Source of the DNA: Planctomycetota bacterium
GTDB taxonomy: Bacteria > Planctomycetota > PLA2
Reading direction: 5' to 3'
Length of the DNA: 62,371 bases
NCBI GenBank assembly: GCA_027297745.1
Contig: JAPUHK010000257.1
Coordinates: 1 to 62,371 of the forward strand
Part shown: positions 59,614 to 62,371 of the stretch, one piece after another
Numbering within the stretch: the stretch's first letter is position 1
How the letters are laid out: each line of letters opens with the position of its first letter
Program-made: the position numbers and the translations under genes
The notes under the pieces: generated by a model
Databases searched by the model: none
Told to the model about the DNA's origin: nothing
Seen by the model: only the letters and a program-made list of their open reading frames with translations

Positions 59614-62115
59614 ATGGCACGTCGGCTGTCCCTCCTCTTGCTCTGCACGTTCGTGCTCGGCGCGCACGTCGCCGCCGGACCCGACGAGGCCGGGCCGCTC
59701 GCGAAAGAGAGCGCCCGGATCAAGAAACGACAAGAGCTGCGAAGCAGCTTCAACTCGGCAGAGCGCCTCGTCGCGGAAAAGATCGAGGCGTTCGCGCTGC
59801 AACCCATCCGGGATTGGGAAGGCGCGGCCGAAGGCCTCGTCGGAAAACCCGCGCAAAAGCTCGCCAATCCGCTCCGCTACTACATTCTGGACGACGATTG
59901 GGAGGTGCAGGCGTTCACCTGCTTCCTGGTCGGCCGGGCGGGGCTCGTTGATCTTCTGCCGGAGCTGGAGCAGGCTTTCGACGACGCGCGTTACCCGATC
60001 ATCCGCCGCACGGCCGTGGAGGCGGCGAACACCTTCGCGAGGGGCGCCCGGCCCGCGGCGGCGCATCCCCTCCTCCGAAAGGGAATCGTCGACGAGGAGC
60101 CGGGGGTTCGGCTCCTGGCCGTGGAAGGCCTCGAAGAGCTTGACGACCGGCCGACGCTACGCAAGGCCGCCTCCGACAAGGACCACGATACGCGCTACCG
60201 CGTGTTGGGGGCGCTCGCACGCCTCGGCGAGACGGAAGCACAGGAGCTGCTGCTCACGGAGATAGCCTCCTACGTGGCGACGAAGAGCCAGCAGCGCCGC
60301 GCCAGCCTCGAGACGCACGACGTGGGGGAGCGGTACTCCCAGTTCTTGAACGCCATTGCGCTCGGCTACTGGGGCGACACGCGGGGCCTCGACGTGCTCC
60401 GCGACGCTTTGCTTCGCAAGGGCGTCTACAAGAACAAGCTCTTTCTGTCCATCGGTGCGGCTGCGGCTCTGGGGAAGTCGCGTCCGCGGCAGGAGAGTGC
60501 GCTGGAGATCCGCCGCCGGGCCTTGCGTGACGCTTTGGGGTCGCGGAACGCTCGCATCCGCGGCATGGGAGCCTTCGCCGCGGGCTTCACCGGGGACCCG
60601 CAGTGGGTGCCGGCATTGCGCCGCCTCCTCAAGGACGCGCACTCGGACGTGCGCGACAAGGCCGTCGAGGCGCTGGGCCGAATCATCCCGAGCAAGGAGG
60701 CCGTGGAGTTGCTCGGCTCTGTGCTCGTGAGCGAACGGGACGTCCCGGTGCGGCTGGCCGCGGTGCGCGCCCTTTCACGCCACCCCGAACCGAAGGCCGT
60801 CGTCGCTCTGGCGCGCGGCCTGGGAGACAAACGGTACATGGTCCGCGTCGCGGCCGCCCGGATGCTCGGCCGGCGCGGTCAGCAGGCGGCGATCGCCGTT
60901 CCGAGGCTTTTGAAAGCCGTCCGGGATCCCGACTACGGGGTGCGGGAGGCGGCAGTGGTCGCGCTGGCGCGCATCGGCGCGGCCGAAGGGCTCCCCGGCC
61001 TCGCGCAAGCGATCAAAGATCGCGACGAGGGCGTGCGCATCCGCGCGCTTCGCTCGATCGCCCGCTCCCCTAGGGTTCAACTGCTCCGCACGAACAAGGC
61101 GGTCATGGAACGCTGCGTAAACCTGCTCATCTCGGCCAGGACCATCGGGCAGCGGCGGGCTGCGCGGGAGTGCCTCCTGGCGGTTCGGTCCCCGCACGCG
61201 GTCCCCCCGCTCCTGCACGCGCTCGAGGCCAAGCACTTCTCACGCCGTCGTGCGGCCTTCCATGTGCTGCGGGACTACTCGGGCGGCCGGGACTTCGGCT
61301 ACGGCCCGGAGACGTCCGCCAACAAGCGCCAGGAGACGGCGCGAAAGTGGGCGGATTGGTGGGCGGAGGGCGGCTCCATCGCCGCCCCGCCGCCGGCGCC
61401 GAAGAAACGCGCGAACCTGGACCTTCCCACGTTTCATCGCTACACGCGCGATCTGCGCTGGCGGGGCATCGACCTCGTCCTGGCCTACGACTCGACGGGC
61501 TCGATGATTCCTGTGATTCGCGCCGTCAAACAGCGGCTCGACCTGCTGATCGAGGAGTCGGCGCGGATCGTCCCCAACCTCCGCCTGTCTCTCTTCACCT
61601 ACCGCGACGTAGGCGAAGAGTACGTCTTTTACGGGACTCCGCTCACCTACGCGACGGAGAACCTCAAGGCGTTCGTCCAGGTCGCGGAGGCGAACCGGGG
61701 CGGCGATCTCCCGGAGGCCGTCACTGCGACGGTCAAGGCCGCCATAAAGCGGCTCGACTGGCGGAAGGACGCCCAGAAGGTGATCGTCGTAATCGGCGAC
61801 GCGCCCTACCATCCTGAGAACAGGCGCGAGCTCTTCGCGGCGGTGCGCTCCTTTTCGCGTAAGGAGAACCGGGGCGTCGTGCACGCCATCTTCACCGACC
61901 CCAACCGTCTCGGCGAGTCGGTGACGGCGCGCCGGAAGCGCGGCGGAGGCAAGGTACGCTACCCGTTCCTGGACCGACTGGAGGAGATGGCGAAGGTGGG
62001 CGGCGGCAAGGCGGTCACGATGGAGGACACCGACCGCCTGATCACCGAGATCCTCATCCTCAGCTTCGGTGAAAAGTGGCGCGCCGAGATCGAGTCCCGG
62101 CTCGATTTTGACTAG
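59614..62115 (+). CDS. Secreted HEAT-repeat + VWA domain protein (paralog 3, longest)
   Basis: Signal peptide MARRLSLLLLCTFVLGAHVAA. Many HEAT-like repeats (EPGVRLLAVEGLE, HDTRYRVLGALA, SDVRDKAVEALG, VPVRLAAVRALS, YMVRVAAARMLG, YGVREAAVVALA, EGVRIRALRSIA). ETARKWADWWAEGG linker. VWA domain (LVLAYDSTGSM, GGDLPEAV, VVIGDAPYH). Confidence 0.8.
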   Translation: MARRLSLLLLCTFVLGAHVAAGPDEAGPLAKESARIKKRQELRSSFNSAERLVAEKIEAFALQPIRDWEGAAEGLVGKPAQKLANPLRYYILDDDWEVQAFTCFLVGRAGLVDLLPELEQAFDDARYPIIRRTAVEAANTFARGARPAAAHPLLRKGIVDEEPGVRLLAVEGLEELDDRPTLRKAASDKDHDTRYRVLGALARLGETEAQELLLTEIASYVATKSQQRRASLETHDVGERYSQFLNAIALGYWGDTRGLDVLRDALLRKGVYKNKLFLSIGAAAALGKSRPRQESALEIRRRALRDALGSRNARIRGMGAFAAGFTGDPQWVPALRRLLKDAHSDVRDKAVEALGRIIPSKEAVELLGSVLVSERDVPVRLAAVRALSRHPEPKAVVALARGLGDKRYMVRVAAARMLGRRGQQAAIAVPRLLKAVRDPDYGVREAAVVALARIGAAEGLPGLAQAIKDRDEGVRIRALRSIARSPRVQLLRTNKAVMERCVNLLISARTIGQRRAARECLLAVRSPHAVPPLLHALEAKHFSRRRAAFHVLRDYSGGRDFGYGPETSANKRQETARKWADWWAEGGSIAAPPPAPKKRANLDLPTFHRYTRDLRWRGIDLVLAYDSTGSMIPVIRAVKQRLDLLIEESARIVPNLRLSLFTYRDVGEEYVFYGTPLTYATENLKAFVQVAEANRGGDLPEAVTATVKAAIKRLDWRKDAQKVIVVIGDAPYHPENRRELFAAVRSFSRKENRGVVHAIFTDPNRLGESVTARRKRGGGKVRYPFLDRLEEMAKVGGGKAVTMEDTDRLITEILILSFGEKWRAEIESRLDFD

Positions 62116-62194
62116 GGCGCCATGACGCGACTGCAAAATGGAAACAGTCCCTGAGGATTCGGGGCTGCCGGTACGATCTCTTCCTCATAGACGG

Positions 62195-62371
62195 ATGCGC
62201 GTGCTCTTCATCTACCCCAACATCGACTGCCCGCCGGGCATCAACCACGGCCTGGCGGCCATGTCGGGCGTGCTCAAGCACCATGGGCACGAGGTGGGCC
62301 TGATCCACGTCTGCGACAACCTGTGGGAGATCCCGACCACGGCGGAGGTCCTCGAGCGCGTGGACGCCTTC
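62195..62371 (+). CDS. Probable B12-binding-domain radical SAM protein (N-terminal fragment, continues beyond window)
   Basis: MRVLFIYPNIDCPPGINHGLAAMSGVLKHHGHEVGLIH resembles the N-terminal cobalamin-binding domain of class B radical SAM enzymes. Only 59 codons are visible. Confidence 0.45.
   Translation, partial: MRVLFIYPNIDCPPGINHGLAAMSGVLKHHGHEVGLIHVCDNLWEIPTTAEVLERVDAF

Noticed and set aside
1-62371. Scan for tRNA (T-loop GGTTCGAnnCC and complement), rRNA, CRISPR direct repeats, and transposase/integrase/phage genes.
   Set aside because: No T-loop-like sequence in tRNA context, no regularly spaced direct repeats, and no mobile-element proteins were recognised. The HNH endonuclease gene (50332-50940) stands alone without restriction, CRISPR or phage partners, so I do not call a defence system or mobile element.

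Overview
High-GC (by eye roughly 68-70% G+C, not computed) bacterial chromosomal segment. It carries about 55 tightly packed protein-coding genes, many joined by 4-nt start/stop overlaps (ATGA, GTGA). I recognised no rRNA, tRNA, CRISPR array, transposase or integrase. Most long Arg/Ala/Gly/Pro-rich ORFs in the six-frame track are alternative-frame artefacts of the high GC content. Recognisable content: a biotin operon (bioB, a fused bioF-bioD, bioA); NAD genes (nadA, nadE-nrtR, kynA next to trpS); moaA, mgtE, pcm, plsC, bfd-bfr and dCMP deaminase; an ECF sigma/anti-sigma module; a FliA/WhiG-type sigma factor; a signal peptidase I with an unusual N-terminal extension; and many secreted or lipoprotein genes of unknown function, including three paralogous HEAT-repeat + VWA proteins. 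The gene content (FGE-sulfatase domain, HEAT/VWA proteins, a pilin-like helix, Lys-rich tails) suggests a PVC-group or Myxococcota-like organism, but this is low confidence. Most interesting observations: (1) an in-frame TGA sits exactly at the first position of a U-A-P-C redox motif in a secreted thioredoxin-fold protein that the ORF caller split in two, making it a candidate selenoprotein; (2) two nearly identical 21-bp GT-N7-AC palindromes lie at the nadA and nadE/yjbQ promoters, next to an NrtR-type Nudix regulator gene; (3) one ORF combines a PadR-like wHTH, a DUF1700/HAAS-like helix, a TM segment and an S26 signal peptidase; (4) a hairpin-dense ~300-nt gap between convergent genes ends in a plus-strand intrinsic terminator, making it a candidate novel ncRNA; (5) a family of polypyrimidine/polypurine (CCCCTACCC / GGGTAGGGG) palindromic elements sits at gene ends. 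I did not find a clear multi-gene novel system such as a defence island. All calls rest on reading the translations and sequence by eye; no database search was run.
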